From the NCBI GenBank assembly GCA_963806175.1, contig CAWDXA010000011.1, positions 23,227-87,226 on the forward strand: DNA of 64,000 bases, in the 5' to 3' direction. The number at the start of each line of letters is the position of its first letter. Within the stretch, counting starts at the first letter, position 1. Of the stretch, positions 38,313 through 46,860 are shown piece after piece. Both the position numbers and the translations under genes were made by a program. The notes under the pieces are model-generated. The model had not been told where the DNA came from. It saw nothing but the letters and a program-made list of their open reading frames with translations, and did not search any database. This DNA is from an uncultured Chloroflexia bacterium (GTDB lineage: Bacteria; Chloroflexota; Limnocylindria; Limnocylindrales; CSP1-4).

Positions 38313-39491
38313 GTGCTCTCAGCCGCGCAACCCACCTGCTTCCTGATCGCGGACATCTCCGGCTACACCGGCTATCTCGCCGACGTCGAGCTGGACCATG
38401 CGCAGGACATCCTGGCCGACCTCGTCGGCGCGGTCGTCACGGCGCTCCGGCCGAACTTCCGGCTGGCCAAGCTCGAAGGCGATGCCGCGTTCACGTTCAT
38501 GACCGCCGACCGCGTCGATGGTTCGATGCTCCTCGACACCATCGAGCGCTGCTACCTGGGGTTCCGCCGCCGTCGTCGAGACGTCCGCCAGGCGACGTCC
38601 TGCGAATGCAATGCGTGCGCCAGGATCCCCGACCTCGATCTCAAGTTCGTCGTCCACCACGGCGAGGTCATCATCCAGAAGATCGCCGGCCGGCAGGAGC
38701 TCCTCGGGTCGGACGTGATCATCGTCCATCGGCTGCTGAAGAACGAGGTCGTCGAGCGGCTCGGGATCGGCGCCTACGCGTTCATCAGCCGGGCCTGTAT
38801 CGATGCCAGCGACATCGACCCAGCGGCGCTCGGCATGCAGCCGCACACCGAGACCTACGACCGGATCGGGGACGTCCCTGGCTGGGTCCACGACCTCGAG
38901 CGTCGCTGGCAGGAGGAGGAGGCCCGCGGGCGCGTCTTCGTCACCTCCGCCGAGGCCGTCCTCGATCTCGCGATCGAGACACGGGTGCCGCCGCAGGTGG
39001 CCTGGGAGTTCCTGACCAAGCCCGGGCAGCGGATGTCGTGGCAACCCTGGGTGACCGAAGTCAAGATCGAAGGGGCCACCGGCGGGCGGCGCGGGGTTGG
39101 CTCCGCCAACCATTGCCGGCACGGCAAGGACGCGGTCATCGAGGAGATCCTCGATTGGCGCCCCTACGACTACGTCACCGACCGGACGATCCTCGACACG
39201 CCGACGGGACCGGTCAAGGTGCTCCACACGATCGAATTCGAACCGACCGCCTCCGGGACGACCATCCACCTCCGGTTCGCCGCGCCCAGGACCAGGCGCG
39301 AGAAGCTGCTCATGGAGCACATCGGCCCGGCGTACGGGGCGGCATTGCAGTCCGGAATCCCGACGCTCCTCGGCCTGCTGGACGCCGAGGTCGCGGTCCG
39401 TGACACGGATCGCGGTCCTGAGCCCGAATTGGCCCGGCCGAGACCGGATGGCCCGCTCGCAGGGTTGGCGCCGCTGACGATCGTCGGCTGA
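38313..39491 (+). CDS. DUF2652 (nucleotidyl-cyclase-fold) + SRPBCC (START/Bet v1-like) two-domain protein
   Basis: GTG start; N-domain CFLIADISGYTGYL..FRLAKLEGDAAFTF resembles cyclase-fold metal/substrate motifs; C-terminal about 150 aa polyketide-cyclase/SRPBCC-like (VPPQVAWEFLTKPGQRMSWQPW..). Confidence 0.6.
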   Translation: MLSAAQPTCFLIADISGYTGYLADVELDHAQDILADLVGAVVTALRPNFRLAKLEGDAAFTFMTADRVDGSMLLDTIERCYLGFRRRRRDVRQATSCECNACARIPDLDLKFVVHHGEVIIQKIAGRQELLGSDVIIVHRLLKNEVVERLGIGAYAFISRACIDASDIDPAALGMQPHTETYDRIGDVPGWVHDLERRWQEEEARGRVFVTSAEAVLDLAIETRVPPQVAWEFLTKPGQRMSWQPWVTEVKIEGATGGRRGVGSANHCRHGKDAVIEEILDWRPYDYVTDRTILDTPTGPVKVLHTIEFEPTASGTTIHLRFAAPRTRREKLLMEHIGPAYGAALQSGIPTLLGLLDAEVAVRDTDRGPEPELARPRPDGPLAGLAPLTIVG

Positions 39492-39502
39492 GCGGGGAGG
39501 GA

Positions 39503-39578
39503 GTGGAGCGGGAGACGGGGTTCGAACCCGCGACATTCAGCTTGGGAAGCTGACACTCTGCCAACTGAGTTACTCCCG
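39503..39578 (-). tRNA. tRNA-Gly (anticodon CCC), 76 nt with encoded CCA
   Basis: Cloverleaf folded by hand from reverse complement GCGGGAGTAACTCAGTTGGCAGAGTGTCAGCTTCCCAAGCTGAATGTCGCGGGTTCGAACCCCGTCTCCCGCTCCA: 7-bp acceptor, D-arm ACTC/GAGT, anticodon stem TCAGC/GCTGA, loop TTCCCAA, T-loop TTCGAAC. Confidence 0.85.
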
Positions 39579-39967
39579 CTCGGGAGAGGCCACATTCTAG
39601 CGAACCCGCGACGCCACGCCAACGGGGGCGGGCCGAGTCGGTGACGTCCTTGACACCCAACCTGACACGACGACCGCCGATCCTCACGTAGAGCCAAGGT
39701 CGACCGGCACCTTGTGTGGGTTTGGGAGATGACCCTTCGATGACGTCCGCTGCAATCCGTGCGGCCGAACGCTCGCTGGCGATCCCGACGACGATCCGAG
39801 CGGGGATTCGGGGCAGCCGACCTGCGGGCAATGCCGGCGCGACCGCGAGCGGGAGGACGGACTTCGTCCTCCTCGATCTACTGGACGGCAACCTGGACGG
39901 TCATCTTGATTGAGTTAGGATTGACTCGAGGGATCCGCGTTGTCGGATCGCTGCCGGGGCACATCCG

Positions 39968-41743
39968 ATGGTTGAGCGCGCGATCGGTGGCGTCGACCTC
40001 GACGACCACCACTCCAACGCATCGCGAGACGTTCGCGAGATGGCTGGCCGAACGGCCGAACGGCTCGTCCATGACCGGCTCCGCGCGGCACTTCCGGCAT
40101 CGATCGCCATCCTGCCCAATGTCCGCTGGCGGCGACGCGAAAACGGCCACTTCCACGATGGCGAGGCGGACCTCGTGGTGGCCGATCCGGATCGCGGGAT
40201 CCTGGTCGTCGAGGTGAAGTCCGGCGAGATCCGCCGCGAAGACCGCATTTGGTGGGCCGGCGGGAAGCGACTCCAACAGTCGCCGTTCGACCAGGCCGCA
40301 GGTTCCCGATATGCCCTGGTCCAGAAGCTCCGGGAGCTCCCCGCGTGGGATCCATCACTCGACCCGGTCGCAGGGGATGCCGTGGCGTTCCCGGACGTCG
40401 ATCTCGCCAGCGCCGGGCCAAGGCTGGGAATGCTGGGCCCTGACGTCGACCCCCAGCTGATCCTCGACCAGCACCGCCTGCTCGACGGCGCCGAGAGCCA
40501 GGCGGAGCTCCGCCGCTGGCTCGACGACGTGCTCGAGGCCTTCGGTCGCGACAGCTCCGCCAAGCGTCCACCCGGCGCAAAGGGGGTGGGCATCCTGGTC
40601 GACCTGCTCGAGGAACCGATCGAGCTCCGCTCGATGCTCCGGAACGAGGTCGCGTCCGGCGAGCGCGACGTCGTGCGGCTCACGACCGCCCAGTACGACA
40701 CGCTCAACCTGCTCAAGCGGCAGCGGCGAGCGTCGGTCATCGGTGGCGCGGGAACCGGCAAGACGATGCTCGCGCTCGAGAAGGCGCAGCGGCTTGCGCG
40801 CGAGGGCTACCGGACGCTCCTCGTCTGCTTCAACTCCCCGCTGGCCCGCGAGCTGGCGGACGTGGCCGCACAGACAGCGGCCGGGACCGGGTTGCTGGAC
40901 ATCTGCACCTTCCACCAGCTCTGTGAGGACTGGGGTCGCGAGGCGGCCACCCTCCCGCCCAAGCCGGAACCGGTGACCGCGGAATGGTTCTCGGACACCC
41001 TCCCGGACGCGCTCGACGACGCCATCGGCAAGCTCGGCGGTCGCTACCACGCGATCGTGGTCGACGAAGGCCAGGACTTCGACACGGAGTGGCTCCTGAC
41101 GCTGGACGCCATGCTCGAGACACCGAGGGAGGATGTCCTGTACGTCTTCCACGATCCCGCGCAGGGGATCTACCGTGACGACGTCGTGGCGGGCCTGGGT
41201 CTGCCCGAGTTCCAGCTGGACCTCAACTGCCGGAACGCCCAGCCGATCCACGACCTCGTGCTTCGAGTCGGGGGCGGGGGACTGGCGTCGATCGCGCTGC
41301 GCGAGGACGGCCGCCCGCCCGAACTGGTCGAGGCGGACGGGGATGCGGCCACGCTCGAGGCGCTCCGCCACGTGCTCCATCGACTGCGGGCCGACGAAGG
41401 CGTGCGCCTCGGCGCGATGGCAGTCCTCACCGGCCGGTCGCTGGAGGACTCGGCGGTGTGGAAGCATCGCCGGTTTGGCAACGAGGTCCTCTGGAACGGC
41501 GGCTACGACGCAGCCGGCAGGAGCCTGGGCCTCGCCGCAAACCTCGTACCCGAGATTCCGCCCGACGCGATCCTGTTCGACTCGATCCGGCGGTTCAAGG
41601 GCCTCGAGCGACCGGTCGTCGTGCTCGTTGAGTTGCGGGCGGACGATCCCCGCCTAGACCGCCTGCTCTACATCGGTGCGTCACGGGCCCGGCAGCACCT
41701 CGTCGTGATCGCGCCGCGCGGTGTCCTGGAACGGCTGCAATGA
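39968..41743 (+). CDS. NERD (nuclease-related) domain fused to SF1 UvrD-like DNA helicase (Nhi-like architecture)
   Basis: 591 aa; N-term NERD-like (GEADLVVADPDRGILVVEVKSGEI); Walker A GGAGTGKTMLA; Walker B/DExx IVVDEGQDF; C-terminal UvrD_C-like LYIGASRARQHLVVI. Confidence 0.8.
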   Translation: MVERAIGGVDLDDHHSNASRDVREMAGRTAERLVHDRLRAALPASIAILPNVRWRRRENGHFHDGEADLVVADPDRGILVVEVKSGEIRREDRIWWAGGKRLQQSPFDQAAGSRYALVQKLRELPAWDPSLDPVAGDAVAFPDVDLASAGPRLGMLGPDVDPQLILDQHRLLDGAESQAELRRWLDDVLEAFGRDSSAKRPPGAKGVGILVDLLEEPIELRSMLRNEVASGERDVVRLTTAQYDTLNLLKRQRRASVIGGAGTGKTMLALEKAQRLAREGYRTLLVCFNSPLARELADVAAQTAAGTGLLDICTFHQLCEDWGREAATLPPKPEPVTAEWFSDTLPDALDDAIGKLGGRYHAIVVDEGQDFDTEWLLTLDAMLETPREDVLYVFHDPAQGIYRDDVVAGLGLPEFQLDLNCRNAQPIHDLVLRVGGGGLASIALREDGRPPELVEADGDAATLEALRHVLHRLRADEGVRLGAMAVLTGRSLEDSAVWKHRRFGNEVLWNGGYDAAGRSLGLAANLVPEIPPDAILFDSIRRFKGLERPVVVLVELRADDPRLDRLLYIGASRARQHLVVIAPRGVLERLQ

Positions 41744-41759
41744 ACGAGAGGACGATCGG

Positions 41760-42014
41760 TCAGGCGTGCGGCAACCCAAACAGCCCGGGCACGGAGAGCC
41801 CTTCGTCAATCGAATTCCACCAGATCCCCTGGCCACCCTCGATGATCTCGAAGTCCGCACGGGCGGTGTCGTTTGCCCCGGCAAGCCAGTCAAACCAGGA
41901 GACCGGCACGGACAATCGACGGCCGTCGCGGAGGTCCACGAGGAGCCACTCGCGGCTGACCTCGACTCCCGCCGCCAGCGGGTATCTATCCAGGTGGGTA
42001 GTTGAAGAACCCAT
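41760..42014 (-). CDS. DUF2442 domain protein
   Basis: 84 aa; LLVDLRDGRRLSVPVSWFDWLAGANDTARADFEIIEGGQGIWWNSIDEGLSV matches DUF2442 pattern. Confidence 0.65.
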   Translation of the reverse strand: MGSSTTHLDRYPLAAGVEVSREWLLVDLRDGRRLSVPVSWFDWLAGANDTARADFEIIEGGQGIWWNSIDEGLSVPGLFGLPHA

Positions 42015-42285
42015 TCCACGACCTCAGGAGCAGCTCTCGGTTCGCCGTGACGATCCGGCGGAGTCGCTCGATCTCGCGCGGAGTGTACCCCCGGTTGGCT
42101 CGCAGACCGACCGGCTCAAGCCAGAACACGGCGCTTCCATCGCTCGACGCGACATGGATGTGCGCAGCTTCGTAACTCGCCCGATTCTCCTGCGAATAGA
42201 AGAAGAACCGGTACGGTCCGAACCGGTGGACGGTTGGCACGCCTTCCCCAGCGATCAGCTGGGCGGGGTCGAGAGCTTGCCACAC
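41986..42285 (-). CDS. DUF4160 domain protein
   Basis: PTVHRFGPYRFFFYSQENRASYEAAHIHVASSDGSAVFWLEP.. matches the DUF4160 pattern (PTI.RF.G.RF.FY..EH.PPH.HV); overlaps downstream DUF2442 gene by 29 nt. Confidence 0.65.
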   Translation of the reverse strand: MWQALDPAQLIAGEGVPTVHRFGPYRFFFYSQENRASYEAAHIHVASSDGSAVFWLEPVGLRANRGYTPREIERLRRIVTANRELLLRSWNGFFNYPPG

Positions 42286-42308
42286 GACGCTTACCTGGGC
42301 CTCATCCG

Positions 42309-42653
42309 ATGCTGACCGCCGCGCCTCCCGGCCTGACCGCTGACCAGCGCCGCATTGTCGAGTGGGGCGACGGGCCGCTCGTCGTGATCGCGGGTGCCGG
42401 CACCGGCAAGACGAAGGTGATCGTCGAGCGGGTTCGCTGGCTGCTCGAGACGAAGGGCGCCGAGGCCCAAGCGGATGACCCGCTCCTCCCCGAGCACTTC
42501 CTGGTCCTGACCTACAACGTCAAGGGTCGCCTGTCGCCACGCGCGCATGCCCTGGTCGTCGAGTGGGCATCAATTCATGCAGAAGAACTTCACGCGGACT
42601 GGGAACTGGCCAGGTCGAGCCTTCCATTGAAGCGCATCGCACCACTGCGTTAG
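42309..42653 (+). pseudogene. truncated UvrD/Rep-type helicase N-terminal fragment
   Basis: LTADQRRIVEWGDGPLVVIAGAGTGKTKVIVERVRWLL..EHFLVLTYNVK then terminates after about 115 aa. Confidence 0.55.
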
Positions 42654-42662
42654 CATCCGGAG

Positions 42663-42965
42663 ATGTTGCTTCGCGTTCGGTCTGCCCAGCCACTTGAAGG
42701 TCGACGGCTTCGCCTCACCCTGACGAACGGTGCCGTTGTGGAACGGGACGTCCAGGACCTGCTTTGGGGTCCTGTGTTCGATCGCCTACGCTCCGACGAC
42801 ACGCTCTTCCGCCGCGTCCGCGCGCGTCACGGAACGGTTGCCTGGCCGGGCAATCTCGATATCGCGCCCGAGACGCTCATCTGGGACGGACCCGATCCTG
42901 CCGACGATAGTCGCCGCCCAGAGGCATTCCTTCGACCGCGCTCTCCCAGTCGAATGACCAGGTAG
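42663..42965 (+). CDS. DUF2442 domain protein (second copy)
   Basis: LRLTLTNGAVVERDVQDLLWGPVFDRLRSDDTLFRRVRARHGTVAWPGNLDIAPETL. Confidence 0.6.
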   Translation: MLLRVRSAQPLEGRRLRLTLTNGAVVERDVQDLLWGPVFDRLRSDDTLFRRVRARHGTVAWPGNLDIAPETLIWDGPDPADDSRRPEAFLRPRSPSRMTR

Positions 42966-43088
42966 CTCTCCTCGCATACGCGCGCGTATCGCCCATGGGC
43001 TCCTTAGGAGCCGCCCTCTTGACACGGTCAGCGACGGTGTTGCTCGCCCCGGCGCACTAATCGGTCAGGTGCCATTGATCGCCGGGCC

Positions 43089-43502
43089 TTGAAGAGGCGA
43101 CAGATGGGTAACGCAACCGGTCATGTCTGCAAGGCGTGCGCGACGAAGTTCGGCGTGCGGAATGGTGGCGGCTTCTTCTTCGACATGCTCCATTGCGATG
43201 CCTGTGGCAAGGCACAGAGTGTTGGGCACAAGGAACTTGGCGACATCCACCTTCGATTCGTCAAAGGCCTGGACCACCCGTATGCCATCGCTCGCATGGA
43301 GTTGGACCGGCGGATTCAGCTGGAATATCCCGGTCAGCCTTTGAGCCGCGACGAGTACCACGCTGCCGCCGAGGCGACGCTCGAGCCGTGTTCATGCGGC
43401 GGCCGGTTCACCTACGACGCGCCGACCCGATGTCCGAACTGTGGCTCGACGAGCGAGATGTGGAAGCCGAACCCGAAGGTCTCCATGGCGTTCTACGACT
43501 GA
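43089..43502 (+). CDS. Cys-rich double zinc-ribbon protein (hypothetical)
   Basis: Four CxxC/CxC pairs: CKAC..CDAC..CSC..CPNC; likely start at second Met (43104); region GC about 60 %. Confidence 0.5.
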   Translation: MKRRQMGNATGHVCKACATKFGVRNGGGFFFDMLHCDACGKAQSVGHKELGDIHLRFVKGLDHPYAIARMELDRRIQLEYPGQPLSRDEYHAAAEATLEPCSCGGRFTYDAPTRCPNCGSTSEMWKPNPKVSMAFYD

Positions 43503-43619
43503 GGATCGCGTCGTTGCAGTTCGAGGAGGCGATGAATGGGAAGAGACGAGGTCGCCGAACGCTGAAGGCGCAATCGGTGGGGCTGATCGGCGGCCACGCC
43601 TAGCCTGTACGCTTTCGCC

Positions 43620-44535
43620 ATGATCGGCGAGGCGGATCGCGAGATCAGGCTCCGGACATTCGACTGGTTGACCCGCCAGCGCGACGAGTTCGGCGAGACC
43701 ATCTCCAGGACGGCGCTTGAGACGTTCAGCCTCGATGGCCGGCGGATCCCGCTCGTCGGCCCGTCGGGGATCTGGAAGCCGGCCGTATGCGAGCTGCCGC
43801 TGTCGATTACGACGACGGTCGGCGGTCCGTACGACGACAGCTTCGATCGCCAGGCCGGAACGCTCCGCTACGCGTATCGCGGACTCGACCCGCAGCATCG
43901 AGACAACCGCGGCCTGCGGCGCGCGATGATCGAGCGGGTTCCGATCGTGTACTTCCACGCGATCGAGCCCGGGAGCTACGTCGCGGCCTACCCGGTCTTC
44001 GTCGTCGAGGACCATCCGGAGCAGCTCCGCTTCTCGATGCAGGTCGACGATCTCTATGCCGCCGAGAACGAGGCCTTCGGTGCGCTCGGCGTCGCTGAGG
44101 ACGCTCGCCGAACCTCGGCGGGCCTACGTGACCGCGACGTTCCGCCGCCGGCTCCACCAGGTCGCCTTCCGCGAGCGGGTGATTCGAGCGTACGCCGAGC
44201 GCTGCGCGCTCTGTCGACTGCGGCATCAGGAGCTCCTGGACGCGGCGCACATCACGCCCGACAGCGACGCCGAGGGCGAGCCGGTCGTCAGCAACGGCGT
44301 CGCGCTGTGCAAGCTGCATCACGCCGCGTTCGATCGGTTCTTCTTCGCCATCCGGCCCGACTACGTCATCGAGGTGCGCCCGTCCGTCCTGCGCGAATCG
44401 GACGGCCCGATGCTCGTCGTGGGGCTGCAGCAGATCAACGGGCAGATGATCCATCTCCCACGCCGCACGATCGACCTCCCCGACCGAACGCGACTCGAGC
44501 GCCGCTACGAGCAGTTCAGGCAGGCTGCCGGGTAG
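43620..44535 (+). CDS. HNH endonuclease with uncharacterised about 170-aa N-terminal domain; apparent frameshift near 44080
   Basis: N-domain MIGEADREIRLRTFDWLTRQRDEF..RVPIVYFHAIEPGSYVAAYPVFVV (frame 0); HNH core ..FRERVIRAYAERCALCRLRHQELLDAAHITP..VSNGVALCKLHHAAFDRFFF in ORF 44056..44535 frame. Confidence 0.6.
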
Positions 44536-44808
44536 GACTGACATCACCCGAGCTGGGCGGGGGTGGGAGCCCGCGCCCGGCCGCCAGCTTCTGTCGAATC
44601 GCCGAATCGGCCTCGAATCGTTCTCGAGGTTACGGAAAGCTTGCCCCGCCGCTGCTTGCGAAGACGGACGAGACCATGGCGAGCACCAGGCTCGCCGCCG
44701 AGATGGACGCGACGACGATCGCGCGGAAGGTACCAAAACGCCCTTGGGGCATGCCCGGCTCCTTTCAGGACCGGGGCGCGGGCTCCTGCGGCAGCGTATG
44801 CTTCGTCG

Positions 44809-45117
44809 ATGCGACTGTCAACTATTGCTAAACACGACGCGGCCGGCAGCGGGACCCCCTTCTCGCGCCTGCTGGGGGCCGAGATCCGGCGACGGCGGGT
44901 GGCGCTCGGCCTGTCGCAGTCCTCGATCGGCCGACCGCTGAGCCGGGCGTTCCTGTCGTCGGTCGAGTCCGGCCGGACGGTGCCGTCCTTGCCAAGCTTG
45001 CTTATGATTGCCCGCAGGTTGCATTCGACTGGCGCCACGATTCTCGCCTCGGTTGAGACCCAGCTCGGGGAAGGAGGGGACGATGCCGACGCCGATCAAG
45101 CGGCGATCCCACGCTGA
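44809..45117 (+). CDS. small XRE-family HTH protein
   Basis: MRLSTIAKHD..FSRLLGAEIRRRRVALGLSQSSIGRPLSRAFLSSVESGRTVPSLPSLLMIARRL; AT-richer leader. Confidence 0.5.
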   Translation: MRLSTIAKHDAAGSGTPFSRLLGAEIRRRRVALGLSQSSIGRPLSRAFLSSVESGRTVPSLPSLLMIARRLHSTGATILASVETQLGEGGDDADADQAAIPR

Positions 45118-46426
45118 GGCCGACCGGCCGCTCGCCATTCGGATCGGCGCGCGGCTGCGGCACGCGCGCACCGCTGCCGGCCTGACCCAGGCGCAACTGG
45201 CGGAGGGGCGCTACACGAAGGCCTACGTCAGCGCCCTCGAGAACGGCCTGGTGAAGCCGTCCATGGCGGCGCTCCATTTCTTCGCCGACCGCCTCCAGAT
45301 GCCGGTGGAGCGATTGCTGGCCGATCGGGAGCAGGCGTGGACGCGCCTCGAGGCCGACCTCCGGCTCGTGGCCGGCGACTGGCAACAGGCCATCGATGGG
45401 TACTCCGAGCTGCTCGGATCGAATCCGTCGGAGCGGGTGAGGGCCGAGTTGCTGCTCGGTCTTGCGGAGGGCCTGTCGAGGCTCGGCCGTGGACAGGACG
45501 CGCTTCGAGCGGCAACCGACGCCGAGCAGCTGTTCCAGTCACAGGGGCGCCGCCCGGAGGCGGCCTGGGCGACGTACTGGCAGGCCTCCGGCCTGTACGA
45601 GCTCGAACAGGGCGACCAGGCCACGGCCTTGCTGACCCGGCTCCTCGACGAGATCGCATCCGGGCTCTTGGTCGAGCCGGATCTGCCCGTCCGGGCCCTG
45701 ATCGCGCTGGCCGTGATCGCGTCGCGCGATGAGCAACCCGAGCGGGCTCTTGCCTACCTCGAGCAGGCACGCTCGCGCGTGGGTGAGCTCGACGGCCGAA
45801 AACGAGCGATGTTCCTGTTCTCCCTGGCCCTCAGCTACCGAGAGCTCGGCGACAACGAGGGGGCCCTCGCGACAGGGACGCAGAGCCTGGCGATGTTCCG
45901 GGCGGCCGACGCGGAATTCGAGGCAGCCTCCATCCAGAACGAGCTGGCCCTCGTCTATCTCGCGCTCGGGAGCCTCGATGTCGCCCGCGGCCATGCCGCC
46001 GAGGCGCACGCGACCTTCCAGCGGCGGGACGACAAGCGCTGGCTGGCCCACGTGACCGAGACCGAGGGCCAGATCGCGCTGGCGGCAGGTGACCCGTCCG
46101 AGGCGCTGGCCCGCGCCGACGAGGCCCGCTCGCTCGCCGAATCGAGCGCCGACCGGAAGGCCGAGATCAGCGCGCTCCTCCTCGCGGCTCGTGCCAACCG
46201 GAAGCTCGGGGCGCTCGATACGGCACGACAGACGCTCGAGCGGGCCGCCGCGCTCGCCGAGGAGCACGGCCGCCGGGGCGAGACGCAGCTCGTCCTCGGC
46301 GAGCTCAGCGACGTGCTTGCCGAACTGGGCGATCTCGCGGGTGCCTACGCCGTGTCGCGGCGGGCACTCGACGCCGGCCGGAACCAGGATCCGACCGGCG
46401 CCGGGTCTAGCCGAGCACGCTCCTGA
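45083..46426 (+). CDS. HTH (XRE-type) + TPR-repeat transcriptional regulator
   Basis: Strong RBS gaaggagggga before ATG; N-term LRHARTAAGLTQAQLAEGRYTKAYVSALENG; long Ala/Leu-rich TPR body. Confidence 0.75.
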   Translation: MPTPIKRRSHAEADRPLAIRIGARLRHARTAAGLTQAQLAEGRYTKAYVSALENGLVKPSMAALHFFADRLQMPVERLLADREQAWTRLEADLRLVAGDWQQAIDGYSELLGSNPSERVRAELLLGLAEGLSRLGRGQDALRAATDAEQLFQSQGRRPEAAWATYWQASGLYELEQGDQATALLTRLLDEIASGLLVEPDLPVRALIALAVIASRDEQPERALAYLEQARSRVGELDGRKRAMFLFSLALSYRELGDNEGALATGTQSLAMFRAADAEFEAASIQNELALVYLALGSLDVARGHAAEAHATFQRRDDKRWLAHVTETEGQIALAAGDPSEALARADEARSLAESSADRKAEISALLLAARANRKLGALDTARQTLERAAALAEEHGRRGETQLVLGELSDVLAELGDLAGAYAVSRRALDAGRNQDPTGAGSSRARS

Positions 46427-46778
46427 GCCCGGGAAGATCGTCTCCACCCAGCACGAGGCGGCCGTCGGCCGTGACGTAGAGCAGGTCGACGTTGACCTCG
46501 GCGGCGGCGATCCGGCGGAGGATGGCGGCCGCCGACCCGGGCCGGTTCTCGACGGGGATCGCCACGACCAGGCGTTCGGCATGGATCTCGAGGCCCGCGT
46601 CGATGAGCGCGGACCGAGCCTGCCGGGCGTCTTCGACGAGGACGTGGAACACGCCCTGGCCGTCACAGACGTACCCGCACGCTCCTTCGATGTTGACTCC
46701 CGCGCGACCGAGGGCATCACTCGCTCGCATGAGGGTCCCCGGCTGGTTGACAAGCCCCACGGTGATGTCGGTCGTCAT
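46407..46778 (-). CDS. ACT-domain protein
   Basis: 123 aa; two beta-alpha-beta-beta-alpha-beta halves (ITVGLVNQPGTLMRASDALGRAGVNIEG / LVVAIPVENRPGSAAAILRRIAAAEVNVD). Confidence 0.65.
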   Translation of the reverse strand: MTTDITVGLVNQPGTLMRASDALGRAGVNIEGACGYVCDGQGVFHVLVEDARQARSALIDAGLEIHAERLVVAIPVENRPGSAAAILRRIAAAEVNVDLLYVTADGRLVLGGDDLPGLRSVLG

Positions 46779-46860
46779 CCCGGTCTCCTCGGCGGCGCGC
46801 TACGGCGTCATCGTACCGGTACCGACGATCGAGTCCTCCAGGAGCCGAGCAGGGTGCGGC

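Noticed and set aside
39524-39610. 12-bp direct repeat cgaacccgcgac (inside tRNA T-arm and 75 bp away) as possible att site
   Set aside because: Too short and too close together; lies on the 5' side of the tRNA; no integrase or recombinase gene present, so no mobile element is called.
40355-41467. 370-aa minus-strand ORF
   Set aside because: Antisense to the NERD-helicase gene, whose frame has Walker A/B motifs.
45539-46753. 404-aa minus-strand ORF
   Set aside because: Antisense to HTH-TPR regulator; 3' part also overlaps the ACT-domain gene in another frame.
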